DNA of 64,000 bases from the human T2T-CHM13v2.0 reference genome, Homo sapiens. Position numbers and translations under genes: made by a program. Shown here piece after piece: positions 42,749 to 58,300 of this stretch. The stretch is from assembly GCF_009914755.1 (NCBI RefSeq), contig NC_060936.1. One strand, given 5' to 3'. The notes under the pieces were generated by a model. The model saw only the letters and a program-made list of their open reading frames with translations. It searched no databases and had not been told where the DNA came from. Numbering within the stretch: the stretch's first letter is position 1; every line of letters starts with the position of its first letter.

Positions 42749-43904
42749 TATTAGATAAGCAAAAAAAGATGACTCTGCTGTCTAGAGACAGGTCTGTGAT
42801 GGAAATAAAAATTTCCTGAGTTTTCAAACTCATATACTTTCCTTATGTCAATCTGCCACTGAACTTAATTTTGAATAAGAAAGAACTGATTGGTGAGGTA
42901 GAATTTAGCGAATTTTCAGGGAAAATTACAGTGTCATATAAGTTGACATTAACCAAAGAATTCCTAATCAGCAATAAATATCTATTTTTAGAAAATAGGA
43001 TTTCCAGAATGTTCAGATAAATTTGAACAGGGCTTGAGGCTCTAAAAAAGAAGATGTTTGAAAAGAGATGAGAAGACCTCAAAAATGCAATTATTGTATT
43101 TATGTTCTCAAATTAGTACTACGTTATACACTTATTTCTCTCGGTTATATATTAAATTTGATTACTTCTTTGTTCTCATTATATTTTAACCTGATTTGAT
43201 CTTTCTATGTTCCCCACAGCAAGTATTCCATTGTATACAATAAGCATTAAATAGTCACTGAATAGAATCAGATGATTTAAATCAGAAGAAAAATAGATAC
43301 ATTTAAGCAAACAAATATTTCTCTACAATTAGATTATAATTCATTTGGATTTTCAAAGGGCTTATCTAGGAGATACAATGAAGTGGATACATACTTAAAA
43401 TGTGTATATAATGAATAATGAAGAATTAGAATAATTAGTTCATATTTTTCTTACCTATCCCATTGAGCATTACTCCTGTCTTCTTGAAATAGTAAAAAGT
43501 AGGGAAAATGTAAATTTAAAATTTTTAAATATAATTGATGAAGAATTTGTTGGAAAAACATTAGAGGGCACCATTACAAAAATTCAAGTCTCCTAGAACA
43601 GATGTGTCATATTCTGAAATGTGATTCAGGTATTTGCAAATTATTAATGAGACATCATGGAAAGTTAGAGCTATCTTGAAAGAAAGCTAGGGACAGAAAA
43701 ATGTCCAAATTAACAAAAGGGAGAAGAGTTTATGTCAGTGACATTTAGTGTTACATATCTGATGTCAATTCTTTTTTTGGGGGGGTAGGGGGCCGACTCC
43801 AGAGTACATGTTAAAATAACCATGTTTATTCGATGCAAAAATTTGGTAATGGTGAAGTATTCTAGTTCTTTTCTGATTATCCCAATTCCCATAGTTTTTT
43901 CTTC

Positions 43905-44238
43905 ACAGAAGCTTTATTTGTAGCAGCCAAACACTAGAAATTCTCCAAATATCCATCCACAGGAGAGTAGATAAATTGTGGTGTGTTCATACAATGAAAA
44001 ACTACTCGGCAATAAAAGAACAAACTAATGATGCCCACAACAACTTATACAGTCTCATAAGTGTTGTGTAAAGTGAAAGATGCATTAAGAGTACATAAGA
44101 TATTATTCCATTTCTGTGAATTTCAAAAACAGGCAGCTCTAATCTATGTGAATAGAAATGAAAATAGTGGTTGCCTCTCGGCAGGGGAACTAACTGGAAG
44201 AGGCATGAGGACACTTCTTGTGGTGATGGAGATGTTTT

Positions 44239-44240
<2 letters not shown>
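43905..44240 (+). mobile_element. Old L1M 3' fragment
   Basis: gctttatttgtagcagccaaacactagaaa...ataaattgtggtgtgttcatacaatg...ggtgatggagatgttttat. Confidence 0.7.

Positions 44241-44246
<6 letters not shown>

Positions 44247-44295
<49 letters not shown>
44247..44295 (+). repeat. (AT)n microsatellite
   Basis: Seen directly, at the L1 tail junction. Confidence 0.95.
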
Positions 44296-44298
<3 letters not shown>

Positions 44299-46398
44299 TA
44301 ATTTTAGTTTTAGGGATACACGTGTATGTTGGCTGTACAGATAAATTGTATGTTGTTAGGGTTTGTATCCATATTATTTTGTCACCCATGTGATAAGCAA
44401 AGTACCCAACAGGTGTTTTTTTGATCTTCCCACCCTTCACCCTCAAGTAGGCCTTTGTGTCTATTTTTCTCTTATTTGTGTCCATGTGTACTAAAAGTTT
44501 AGCTCCCATTATAAGGAAGAATATGTGACATCTGGTTTTCTGTTCCTGTTTTAGTTTGCTTAGGATAATGGCCTCCAACTCCATCCATGTTGCTGGATAG
44601 GACATAACCTTGTTCTTTTTTATGGCTGCATAGTGTTCTATGGGATATACATACAACATATTCTTTATTAAGTCTAGCATTGATGGGCATTTAGGTGGAT
44701 TCCATGTCTTTAGTATTGTGAATAGTGCTGTGATGAACATACATATGTAAGTGTCTTTATAGTAGAATGATTAACAGTCCTTTGTGTATATACTCAATAA
44801 TGGGATTGGTGAGTTGAATGGTAGTTCTGTTTAAAGTTCTTTGAGAAATTGCCAAACTGCTTTCCACAGTGGCTGAACTAATTCACATTCCCACCAGCAA
44901 TATATAAGTGTTCCCTTTTCTCTGCAGCCTCACTAGCGTCTATTACTTTTTGACTTTTTAATAATAGACAATTCTGACTGGAATAAAATGGTATCAGTAT
45001 CTCATTGTGGTTTTGATTTGGATTTCTCAAATAATTAGAGAATGTTTGTCAGGGCCTATGTCTAGAAAGGTATTTCCTAGGTTTTCTTCAAGGGTTCTAC
45101 AGTTTACATTTTACATTTAAGTCTTTAATTTATAGTGGGTTGATTTTTATATATGGCTTAGGGAATGGGGTCCAGTTTCTGTGTATGTCTTCTGTGTATG
45201 TCCACTCAGGTATCTTAGGACCATTTGTTGAATAAGGAATCATTTTCCCATTGCTTGTTACTTTTTCAGAGATCAGATTGTTGCAGGTGTGCAGCTTTAT
45301 TTCTGTACTCTCTATTCTGTTCCATTGGTCTATGTGTCTATTTTTGTACCAGTACCATGCTGTTTTGGTTACTGTAGCATTGTAGTTTAGTTTGAATTTG
45401 CATAATGTGATGCCCCTGACTTTGTTCTTTTTGCTTAGGATGGCTTTTGCTATTTGGGCTCTTTTTTTGTGTTCCATGTGAATTTTAGAATAGTTAGTTT
45501 TTTTTCCCAATTCTGTGAAGAATGTGATTGATAGTTTAATAGGAGTAGCATTTAGTCTTGAAATTGCTTTGGGTAGTATGTCATTTTAACAAAGTTGATT
45601 CTTCCTATCCATGAGCATGGAATATTTTTCCATTTGTTTGTGTCATCTCTGATTTATTTGAGCAGTGCTTTCTAATTCTCATTGTAGAAAACTTTCATCT
45701 CCCTGGTTAGCTGTATTCCTAGGTATTTTATCTTTTCTGTAGATATTGTGGGGGTTTTTCTTGATTTGGCACTCATGTTGGACTTTACTGGTGTGTAGAA
45801 ATGCTACTGACTTTTGTACATTAGTGTTGGATCCGGAAACTTTGCAGAAGTTGTTTATCAGATCTAGGAGCTTTTAGTCAGAGACTAAAAGTTTTCTAGG
45901 TATAAAATCCTATCATCTGCAGATAGAGATAGTTTGATTTCCTCTTCCTATTTTGACCCATTTATTTTTTTCTCTTGCCTGATTGCTCTGACTAGGACTT
46001 TTCAGTACTATGTTGCATAGGAGTGGTGAGTGGTGAGAGTGGGCATCCTTGTCTTGTCAGTCTGGAGTCAGTCTGGAGGCTCTAGTAAGAGTCATGGGGG
46101 ATCTCCTGAGCCCAGGATTGCAAAGGTCCACAGCACAAGTGGTTCCTGGAGGCTCTCACTCACTCACTACTTCACTATGGTGGGGAGCCTACCCTGACTC
46201 CACACCAATCCTGGGTGGGTGGCTGTCCTGTCTTGCTTTTGTCTGTTCTCCATGGGCCACCTTGCTTCCTTGATGAATCCCAACATGCCCAGCTGGATGA
46301 CCTACTTGAGACACTAGTATTTACTCACCACTCTTTCTTTTCTTCATGAAGCAATGCACATTAGCTACTTCTAGTTAATTATCTTGGCTCCAACACCC
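44296..46398 (-). mobile_element. L1PA15/16-like element retaining its 3' end, distal ORF2 and the first ~340 bp of 5'UTR
   Basis: ORFs 44237..44740 and 45130..45510 are ORF2 remnants. 46058-46398 reverse-complements to an L1 5' start (ggagccaagataattaactagaagtagct...gtggtgagtaaatact). Confidence 0.8.
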
Positions 46399-46492
46399 TG
46401 ACATTAATTGATGAATTTCTAAAATTGTAATCATTTATAATCATTGATCACTAGAAAATATTATAAAATCACCTGGAATAAAGTTTGTCTAG

Positions 46493-46941
46493 AGTTGCAA
46501 TGGATCTGAAATATTGCCCTACTTGCAAGCTAGCAAGTGAGCCTGCCACAACTTCATAGATGTTGGCAGAAGATATGAGACTCCTAGGTTAGAGATCAAG
46601 AAAAATATTTCTCATGGCAGAGCAAGCAATTTGAACATCAACATATTTTCATAAATTTATTTTGCCTCAATACTCCTGAGGTGATTTGACAAGCCCAAAT
46701 GATACCTGAAAATACAATGGCTTACATATAAAAGAGAAATTACTACCTTAGAGAACTACAATCTTTTACTCAGGGCGGTAAACAAACTTGCCCTTTGCTC
46801 TGAAGAGAGAAAAGTACTGTTATCTTTCAAGACTGTTTGCTATACAAATACTCTTGATAAGATTGCCAGAAACAAGAGGCAGTGAATGCCTCTCTCCTAG
46901 GAGGTGCAGAAATGCAAGAAGCCTGGAGAATCATTTCACAA
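46493..46941 (-). mobile_element. LTR40-like (ERVL) solo LTR
   Basis: Reverse complement tgtgaaatgattctccaggc...tttctgcacc...gaggcattcactgcctc...tttgtatagcaaacagtcttgaaagata...gagcaaagggcaagtttg matches recalled LTR40. Confidence 0.65.
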
Positions 46942-47438
46942 CCAAAGTATGTCAAACTAAGATAATTTTCTTTTTCTGATGTTCACTGTATTTCAGAATT
47001 CTTATAAGAATATACTAATTTTATCATGTGATAACATTTCTTCTGGTACACTTGCACATAAGAAAGCTGTATAGATGAAAAGATGTTGCAATTGGATGAA
47101 TCTGTTGCACACAGGGTCCAGATAGTTTAATTTATGAAAACCTTAAGGGAAGTCTTAGGCAATACTCTTGAACAAGTTATCACCAATAATTGCCGTCCTT
47201 CTTGATATGTTAATTTCAAGTACTTTTTTCTCTGACCTATGTCCTACTCTTTTATAAAATATATTTTAGCACCCCCCTCCAAAAATTGTATAAGTTCGTT
47301 TGAGGTTTACAATCTACTTATCCCATTACTTTTTCAATATGTTTCAACCCATCATGCCTTTATCATCTATGGGCACGATTTATATTCTATGATCAATAAT
47401 TAGGATAATTCTCTACAACTAGTGGCTGATTGAATTGC

Positions 47439-47792
47439 TGCTGTAGTCTTAATGTGTGTCTCCCCAAAATTCATAAGTTGGAACTTAATCTGCAGTGCAA
47501 CAGTATTAAAACGTGGTGACTTTGGGAAGTGATTATGATATAAGAACTCTGCCCTCATAAATGGGATGAGTGCCCTTATAAAAGAGACGCCAGGGAGCTT
47601 TTTTGCCTGTTCCGCCATGCAAGGAAACACAGAAGGCACTGTCTATAAGAAACAGGCCCTCACCAGACACCAAATCTGCTGGCACCTTGATCTTGGATTT
47701 CCCATCTTCTAGAACTGTGAGCAATAAATTTCTGTAGTTATAAATTACACAGGGTAAGGTATTTTGTTATAGCAGTCTGAATAAACCAAGAA
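47439..47792 (+). mobile_element. MSTD/MLT1A-type MaLR solo LTR
   Basis: ccccaaaattcataagttggaac...ggccctcaccagacaccaaatctgctggcaccttgatcttgga...agaactgtgagcaataaatttctg. Confidence 0.85.
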
Positions 47793-48302
47793 AATTTCAT
47801 GTAACCATTGTGGGATCAGAGAAAAAGCAACCATAATCCAAGGGCTTCTATTTTAAATTCATGGCCAAAAACCACAAATGTTCAAATAATATTTAGAAAA
47901 TGTTTAGTATCATGGCCCATCATAATAAAGCGACTATCCAACGAGCTGCATATTTTACAACTATACCTATGCAGATGAATGGGACTGAAACACACACCCA
48001 CATTCACACAAACACACATTCATGAGATACATGTACTCAGACACACCAGGGCTGACTTTTTGCCTTTCCTTTACTGTAAATCTCAAATGTGTACTAAAAC
48101 TGACAAATCATTCCATTATATTTTCTCGGAATATTTTCTTTCCCACTCATTCTCTCAGAGCATTATGACACACATTTTTCCCTCTGTACAAACCTCCAAC
48201 AATCTCCTAATTTCCAGGTGATTATATTAACTCATATTTAACTGGAAAATAAAACAAGATTAATCTGACTCTAGGAGGACAAGACAACTATCCAGAGATT
48301 TG

Positions 48303-48318
48303 CAGTGCCACCTAATGG
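48303..48318 (-). promoter_or_regulatory. CTCF-like motif
   Basis: Reverse complement ccattaggtggcactg. Confidence 0.3.
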
Positions 48319-48597
48319 ATAGTCCAGAGGGCTGATCTAGAGTTAAGGGAGAGAAGTTAGAGGAAAAAAAAGTTATTCCCAGATGATTTTGAGCTACTTA
48401 GTGAAATACTGGGAGGGTGAAGCTGGGCAACTATGTTTACATGCTCTTATAGATAAAAAACAACCAGATTTGAGTCACTGTTGGGTTTGAAGCTGTATAT
48501 GACACTTGTAATAGTGTTAAATTCTCAATGTGACATGAGAAGAGTTTTTAATAAATCTAAATAGGTGGGCATATGTAGAGATAAAATAGACTTACCA

Positions 48598-48940
48598 GGC
48601 CAGGCACAGTGACTCACGCCTGTAATCCCAGCACTTTGTGAGGCCGAGGCGGGCAGATCACGAGGTCAGGAGATCGAGACCATCCTAGCAAACACGGTGG
48701 AACCCCGTCTCTACTAAAAATACAAAAACAAAATTAGCCGGGTGTGGTGGCGGCCGCCTGTAGTCCCAACTACTAGGGAGGCTGAGGCAGCAGAATGGTG
48801 CAGAATGGTGTGAACCTGGGAGGCGGAGCTTGCAGTGAGCTGAGATCGCACCTATGCCCTCCAGCCTGGCAGCCTCGGTGACAGAGCGAGCCTCCATCTC
48901 AAAAACAAAAACAAAAACAAAACAATAACAACAACAAAAA
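48598..48940 (+). mobile_element. AluY
   Basis: Y diagnostics (gatcacgaggtcaggagatcgagacc, gaatggtgtgaac, ggagcttgcag). TSD agacttacca at 48588-48597 and 48943-48952. Confidence 0.93.
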
Positions 48941-49520
48941 GCAGACTTACCAAAAGTTAATAAAAGAAAAACAGTTAATTTAATTAATGCGACCTTCCAG
49001 CCAAACTTACCTGAAGGGATAGAAAGTGAACATCCCTAGGCAGGGGAATGTTAAGTATTCTGGATCTCATTATTCCAGGAAGGGTGGAGCATAATTTACT
49101 AGTAGATGGGGGAGGAGATTGAGGTTGTTGTCCCAGAAACCATGATTTACCTGAGAATTTCCGATTCAGCTCTTGAGGTCCACTATTCTACCAATAGCTT
49201 TCAGGCAATAATATACACTACAGTACATATTCTGAGACCTGTTTGATCCAAAGTAAACCCTGGGAATCTTCCTGCATGAGACGGACCAGCATTCAGCCCA
49301 TGGGTTGTTGATGCACAGGTCTTTAGCATTTTATTGCTGAAAGCCAATCATATTTTCATTCATTCATTCATTCAACACCTTTATTGAGTATTACTACTTT
49401 AAACGCAGGGAATATTTTAAGTGCAGTAAAAATTAGATATAACCACCTTCTCTCTTGAAACTGGTATTCTGATGGGAGAAGGCAAAAATTAGATTGAGTA
49501 AGTAAAATATAAATGTAATA

Positions 49521-49839
<319 letters not shown>

Positions 49840-50069
49840 CTATGAACAAAAATATAGAGGATAGGGGTTAGGTGTGCATGAATAGAGATTATAAATTTAA
49901 ATAAGGTGGGTAGAAAGGCCTGAGATGTGGTATTTAATGAAAGAACTGAAGTTTGGGAAGTATAATGGAAGAAAAAAAAAGAGTAATGACTAGTTTAGCA
50001 CACAGGTATCTAGGAGGTACCTAGGGAAAGTGTTCAGGCAGAAAGCACAAAACAGTTCAATACTTTAAG

Positions 50070-50218
50070 CAGGTTGGTTTCCTAAGTGTGCACCCTGTGC
50101 TGATGCACAAGATCTTGCACAAGACCCTTGCCATCTTGAAATTTTTTTAAATTTTTGAACAGTAAAACTTGCATTTTGCTTTTTGTACTGGGCCCCACGA
50201 ATAATATATCCAATCTGG
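50070..50218 (+). mobile_element. MER91A-like hAT-Tip100 element
   Basis: gtgtgcaccctgtgc...gccatcttgaaatt...atttttgaaca...actgggccccac. Flanks ctttaag/ccttaag. Confidence 0.6.
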
Positions 50219-51989
50219 GCCTTAAGGCACATCAGGGGAATGGCAATGAAGTCCCCATGATTAGAGGGAAGTGAGATAGACAGAGTAGTAGATGTCAGGG
50301 ATGGAGAGAGGTGACATATCTTGTTTGACCTTGAATTACCTGAATAAAGCTTTAACAGAATCCGTACAACTGCTACGTTGAAAATAGAATGAAAGGATCA
50401 AGAGTAGAAACAGAGTGATCAGTTTTAAGAGAACTATTTCAGTGAAATCTTAGCAAGACTTGCTGGTAGAAATAATATCTGGACCTAAATGTAAAATACT
50501 GTTGTATCGTCCTGTTTTTATTTAAAGGCTTATAGGTTTCAATGCATTTAGATGACTGTTTAGGGACAAAAGGGAGAAAGCCTTATTATAAAGTGCCATT
50601 TGTTGCTGAAAGGCAAGCTGTGATAGAAGATTGTCTCCTGTCAATGTACCATTTATGATCTGTGATCTAAATGTCCCAAGCATATTTTAAAATATGCCTT
50701 ATAAACTGTATGAAGTTATTATGATCATTACTACAATTGGGAAATTTGAACTATCTCATCTGTGATGGTTCTTTCCATTTCTTATTTTTTGATTTGTACA
50801 TTGTCTTTTGCCATTTAATAGTATCTTAAATCTGATTTTATTTTACTTACTCTGGCTTCAGAGAGACTAAGTTTATTTTCAATTCACATTTAATTTTGAG
50901 GGTGGTAGAGTTGTCGTAAGTATTGTATTTTTAAATATGATTATGTACATTTCACCATTTAGGATCAAATGACATAATGTATATGAAAATGCTTTCAAAA
51001 GCCTAAATCACTCTATATATGCAAAAGATTAAATCATGTATTAGGAACATTGTAGTTTAAATCTGTTTGAAATAATTTGTTTGAAATTCACATCATCCAG
51101 CAATTTGAGAGAACTACATACTCTTTTACTATAGCTAAAACATAGAACTTGCTTTCATTTTACAAAATAAAATTTTTGGAGAAGGATTAACTAACAATTT
51201 TCTACATAGTGTAAGATTGTTCTGATATTGGCACCTGAAGGCTGTTTAGAATTTTCCTGCCAAATGTGCAGTTTCTTGGATTTTTTTTATGTCATGGGAG
51301 AGAATTAATTTTCTGTGTTCATGCTTGTTTCCAACTTTAGACTTCAATTTATAAGAAAAAAAAAAAGCTTTCTTCCCCCTACCTAAAATGTTAAATTGAA
51401 ATACTCATTCCCTGGATCAAGTTGTTGGTAACTATAATGTTGGCTACAAATGTATCTGTTTTGTTATGATCCAGACAGTGATGTGATTGTAGATATATTT
51501 CTTTATGAAGATGGTGATTAAGGTAGCAAAGGTTAAATGTTCTATCATGACTCTTCATCCCAGCCTCAAACATCAAGTATCAGCTTTTACCCAGCTCCCT
51601 CTTTCCAGCCCTCCCTGTGTTCCCAGATACGGTCACACCCATCACTGCCTTCCACTCTCTTCCTCCAGGGAATTTGTCCTGATTGGATTGATATGCTTTT
51701 TCTCTATTAGCTCTCTCCCCCACAGATTCTAAACCTGGTTGGAGTAGGACCCGATGCCTGTTTGTTCTCCCAATCCTATCCTGTTACTTGGCAAATAGAA
51801 GCTGCTGTGAAATTATTCCTTACGTAGTTAACATCAGGGTGCCTGCTTCAAGTGGGATTATTGTACTAAAATGTTTAGAATATGCGAAATATATTAGTAG
51901 CCACAGGATAAACAGTGATCAAGTAGCAAATTTTACCTTGAGTTTTTAAAAAATGAAACACAACTTTACAATTATTTACTTTACTGGTT

Positions 51990-52370
51990 TAATTAGTCAG
52001 GATATGCTAGACTATGCTGCATTAAACATTAACCTCCCACATGTTAGCAGTTGTCTTGTGAGCTCAGTGGAAATCACTGCTCTGGGAGATTACTCAGGGA
52101 CCCCAGCTGACTGACGTTCCTCAATACTGGGACACACCACCTCAAAGCACGGCTTCCAGGGCAGCTGCAAGAAGGAAAGAGACAAGGCCAGGGAACTCAC
52201 ACTCATTCTCCAATGCTGTGGATTGGACATGACAAGTGCCACTCTGTGCACAGCCATTTGGCCAATACTTGTCATATGGCCCTGCATAATGCAGGAGTCT
52301 TGAAAGCCTTCTATTATACAAAGAAAAGTGAAACAAAGCAGATGTAGTGAGACCTAAAACAATTTATCAC
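51990..52370 (-). mobile_element. MLT1J/K-like MaLR LTR relic
   Basis: ttagtcaggatatgctagactatgctgca...actcagggaccccagctgact...ccatttggccaatacttgtcatatggcc. Confidence 0.5.
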
Positions 52371-52409
52371 TAAGTAAAATTTTTATACTAGGGAACATTT
52401 CAGGATTTT

Positions 52410-52592
52410 TTGTTTTGTTTTGTTTTTTTAGACGGAGTCTCACTCTGTTGCCTAGGCTGGAGTGAAGTGGCACGATCTTGGCTCATTGCAACCTCTGCCC
52501 CTCAGGTTCAAGTGATTCTCCTGGCTCAGCCTCCCTAGTGCCTTGGCCCCCCAAAGTGCCGAGATTACAGGAGTGTGCCACCATGCTCAGCG
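52410..52592 (-). mobile_element. AluS with internal deletion (monomer-length)
   Basis: Right arm joins the left-arm start at ctcagcctccctagtg|ccttggccccccaaagtg. Flanking repeat tcaggatttt. Confidence 0.85.
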
Positions 52593-53954
52593 TTTATCTC
52601 AGGATTTTGAATGAGAAATTATAAATGTGACAATAAACAAGTAGAAAGTTTATTCTGAAAAAGCAAAAGGGCTTGATCAGAGAATATTATCTAAAAGGCA
52701 GAATGCCTTGAATTAACTTTATTATGTGAGTTCTGAACACCATCTGATGGTAATATATCTAAATTATATAAAATCTAGCCTCCCTCCCTCCCTTCCTTCT
52801 TTCTTTCTTCTTTCCTTCCTTCTCCCCGCTCCCCCAATGAATTTGAAATGTGAAGCATAAACTGTCAGCCTAAGTCATTAGAAAACATAAATTAAGCAAT
52901 TTTTAAAAAGGATTTTGTACTTCTTTATATAACTTTTACAGTTAAAAACTTGACAAATGCATAAAATATGAACTACAAATACTTGATAAAATTATTCAGT
53001 CATTCTGCTTTTGAAAAATTGTTTGAAATAAAGCATGATAATAATAAAGCTGTGACCATGATTATGGCAATGAAGGGACAGGGTTGCAATCAAAGTTCCT
53101 CTGTATGGGAGCCTAAGAGACTATTCTTAGAAATGGGAACATGGGTTTTTATAAATTTCATTGAGTCTACATAACCAGCTTTGACAGTTTAACTAATTTT
53201 AGAGCTTACTAAATACTTATTTTTCAATTTAGTCAAATAACTGGCGAAAAACAAGTGTGTTTAGCTAAAGTAGTGAGTAAAACTAAGAAAAATCATCGAA
53301 TTGGTAGAACATATAGTTTTAGCCTCAAATTATATCCAAAAGACTATGACAGAATTGAATGTGACCAAAAGTTGTTTTGGTTTGGAAATCCCTGACCCCA
53401 ATTCAATGTAATTGTTAAAAACTACTTACCTTGGATTGACTTCTCACAGGGATGTCTTACTGAATCAGAGAAATGGACACTTAGCGACATCTGATTCCAC
53501 CACAGTTACACATATACAGACTAGGCATGAAAGCCATATTAAAACATAATCACATCAAACCAAAAGCTAAAGTGAAATATAAAAATGTCTATGCCTTTAT
53601 GCAACAAATGCATTTGTGTTATGGAAATACATACTCTAGGAAACCCAGTCTGGCTCACTGCATCGTCCTAATTTAGCTCCTATTATCTTTTCCAGAAGGA
53701 GGGGTTATATCAACTTATAGCATGTAATGCCAAGTGAGCTTTGGCAAACTTTAGAGATATTTATTTTGCTTATTGGTAGCCATTTATTGAAAATATGTTT
53801 TATATTATGGGTTGTAAATAAATATCTTTTGAATTAAAATTGATACCATGTATGTAATATAATTGATATCTTCTTTAGTTTTCTTTTTCATATTTCTATA
53901 AGGAAAAACTTCTCATCTCTTTTGACTGAACACTATTAATGCTTAGAGTATAAC

Positions 53955-54920
53955 TTATTCATTCAATAAGTATTTATTGAGCATCTACTAGTTTATTATT
54001 TCAGAACTTTGGTTGAAATCAAATAAACAAACAGAACCTCTTCTCTCATGGAGTGAGGAAGGCAGGCATTAACAATTATAAGTAAGTAATCTGTACAGGG
54101 TGCTAGGAAAGAGGTAGCATGGAGATGATGAAGATGTAGGTGGGGCAGGCTAGGTAGGACTCATTGAGAAGGCACCATTTGAGGAAAGACTTGAAGATGG
54201 TGTGGCAGCAGCCAAGTAGTACTCTGGGGAACAGCATTCCAAGTAAAACAAAGTAAAGAACTAGAGCAGAGTTGTGTATCTGCTTTGTCTGCAGAAAAGA
54301 CTTGGGGTGTGGTTTGGGGTGAATAAGAGAAGTGGGGAATGGTAGGAGTTGAGGCCAGAAGGGTAGTAGGGAACCAGAACTTAGACATTCACTCTGAGTG
54401 AAACAGGAACATTTTCATGTTTTGAGCAGGTCAGGGACATGATCTGAGTGGTGATTTAAAAAGACCCACTACTTACTAGGTTAAGAATACACTGCAGGAA
54501 AACAGGGGCTGAAATGAAGAGGTCAGTAGGGAGGTAATGGTGGCTAAAAAGAAGATAACAGCAGTAGGGGTGAGAAGAAGTGGTTAGATTCTGGGAATAC
54601 TTTGAAGATAGAGTCAACATGACTTTCCGACATATTGGATATGGAGAGAGAGGCAGACAGAGATAGCAAGAGAAATGTGAGAACAACAACAAAAAAAGAA
54701 CAAATTGATAAAACAGAGAAGTGAATGATGACTCCAGCACTTTTGGGCCCAAGTAGTGGGAAAGATGCAGTTTTTATCCAATGAGACATGAAAACTGTTG
54801 ATGAAATAGATTTGGGTGAGAGTGATGAAGAAGATCAGAAGCTTAATCTTGGATGTGTTGAATCTGAGAAAACTGTTAGGCATTTATGTGGAGACATTGA
54901 GCCCTTAGTTGGTTGTGAAA
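53955..54920 (-). mobile_element. L2a-like fragment
   Basis: ttattcattcaataagtatttattgagcatctac tail, followed by agattctgggaatactttgaagatagagtcaaca. Confidence 0.75.
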
Positions 54921-55110
54921 CTGAAGTATTAGGAAATAGATTTACATTCTAAAAAAAGTTTACGGAGGAAGACAGACATTTAGAACAGTAATAGAAAAAA
55001 ATTGTGTTTCCAGTTCAAATAGGAAAATATTTTCCCTCAGTCATATGTACTGAATTTTATAGCTGTACATATAAACCACACGACTATTTTTGGTCTCGCT
55101 GCTGGGAAAA

Positions 55111-55126
55111 TAGCACCATCTTGTGG
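55111..55126 (-). promoter_or_regulatory. CTCF-like motif
   Basis: Reverse complement ccacaagatggtgcta. Confidence 0.4.
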
Positions 55127-55224
55127 GTAATAATATACAGGTATATTTTTAAAAATTGTAAAAAATGGTAGTATAGTACATTTCCCTGTATCCTAAAGAA
55201 ATTTAATTCTTTTTTAAAAAATAA

Positions 55225-57050
<1,826 letters not shown>

Positions 57051-57594
57051 TTTAATTGATGAATAATAATTGTGTATATTTATAGAATACAATGTAATGT
57101 TTTAATCTATGTATACTTTGCAGAAAGACTATATCAAGTTAATTAATACATCCATCATATCACCAACTTATTATTATTTTCTTTGCTGAAAATATTAAAA
57201 ACCTATGTTTTCACTTATATGCAGAATCTAAAAAAAGTCTTAGAAACACAGAGTAGAAAGGTGGTTACCAGGGAATAGAGGTGCAGGGAGGTGGGCAGCT
57301 GGAATTCATTAATTTACTCATTCATTCTTCAAAAATTTTGAAATACATTATCTATATATGCATAATGATATCAGGCCCAGTGGGAAACCAAATAAATTAT
57401 ATAAATCAATATCACTGTCCTGAGGAAACGTATTGCCCCATTAAACTTACATCCTATTAATATTTAAGGAATAATAAAACTGGAAATTATAGCAATAAAA
57501 AATAAGTATGCAGTAGCTGTTTATAATCCAGATTATTATTTTTGTTTTGTTTATAATTTAAGAGGTATAATTTTCTTCAAGAAAACAGTTTATC

Positions 57595-58300
57595 TTTTTT
57601 AAAAATGTACACATTATAATTGCACATCTTTATGAGGTATAGTTTGATGTTTCAACACACATATATGTTGTATAATGATAAAATCAAGTTATCCAGCATA
57701 ACCCTCATTTCATGCATTTATCATTTCTCTGTGGTGAGAACATTCGAAAGCCTATTTTCCAGCTATTTTGTAATGTATAATACCTTACTCTTAACTATCC
57801 TGACCCTACTGTGCAATAGAACAGTGGTCTCTAACCCCTGGGTCCTGGACCCCTATGGGTCTGTGGCCTGTTAGGAACTGGAACAGTAGGAGGGGAGGTG
57901 AGCCACCAGTGAGCATTACTGCCTGAGCTCCACCTTCTGTCAGATCAGCAGCGGCTTTAGGTTCTCATAGGAGAGAGAACCCTATCGTGAACTGCGTATG
58001 CGAGGGATCTAGGTTCTGCACCCCTTATTATTCTTATTAGAATCTAATTAATGCCTGATGATATAAGTTGGAACAGTGTCATCCCAAAACCACCATGACC
58101 CACACCACTGGTCCATGGAAAAATTGTCTTCCATGAAACCTGTCTCTGGTGCCAAAAAGGCTGGCACAGGTCTGATGCAGTAGAATGCCAGAATTTATTC
58201 CTCTTTTCTGATTGTATCTTTGTAGCCATTGACCAACCTGTCCCCATCTTCCCTACCTCCTTCACCTCTTCAGTCTCTAGTAACCACTGTTCTACTCTGT
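57595..58300 (-). mobile_element. L1MA 3'UTR fragment interrupted by MER1B
   Basis: L1MA 3'UTR motifs on both sides of the MER1B. Confidence 0.75.
57822..58177 (+). mobile_element. MER1B (hAT-Charlie)
   Basis: gtggcctgttaggaac...gcattactgcctgagctccacc...gtcagatcagcagcgg...ggaaaaattgtcttccatgaaacc. Approximate 8-bp TSD caatagaa/cagtagaa. Confidence 0.85.
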
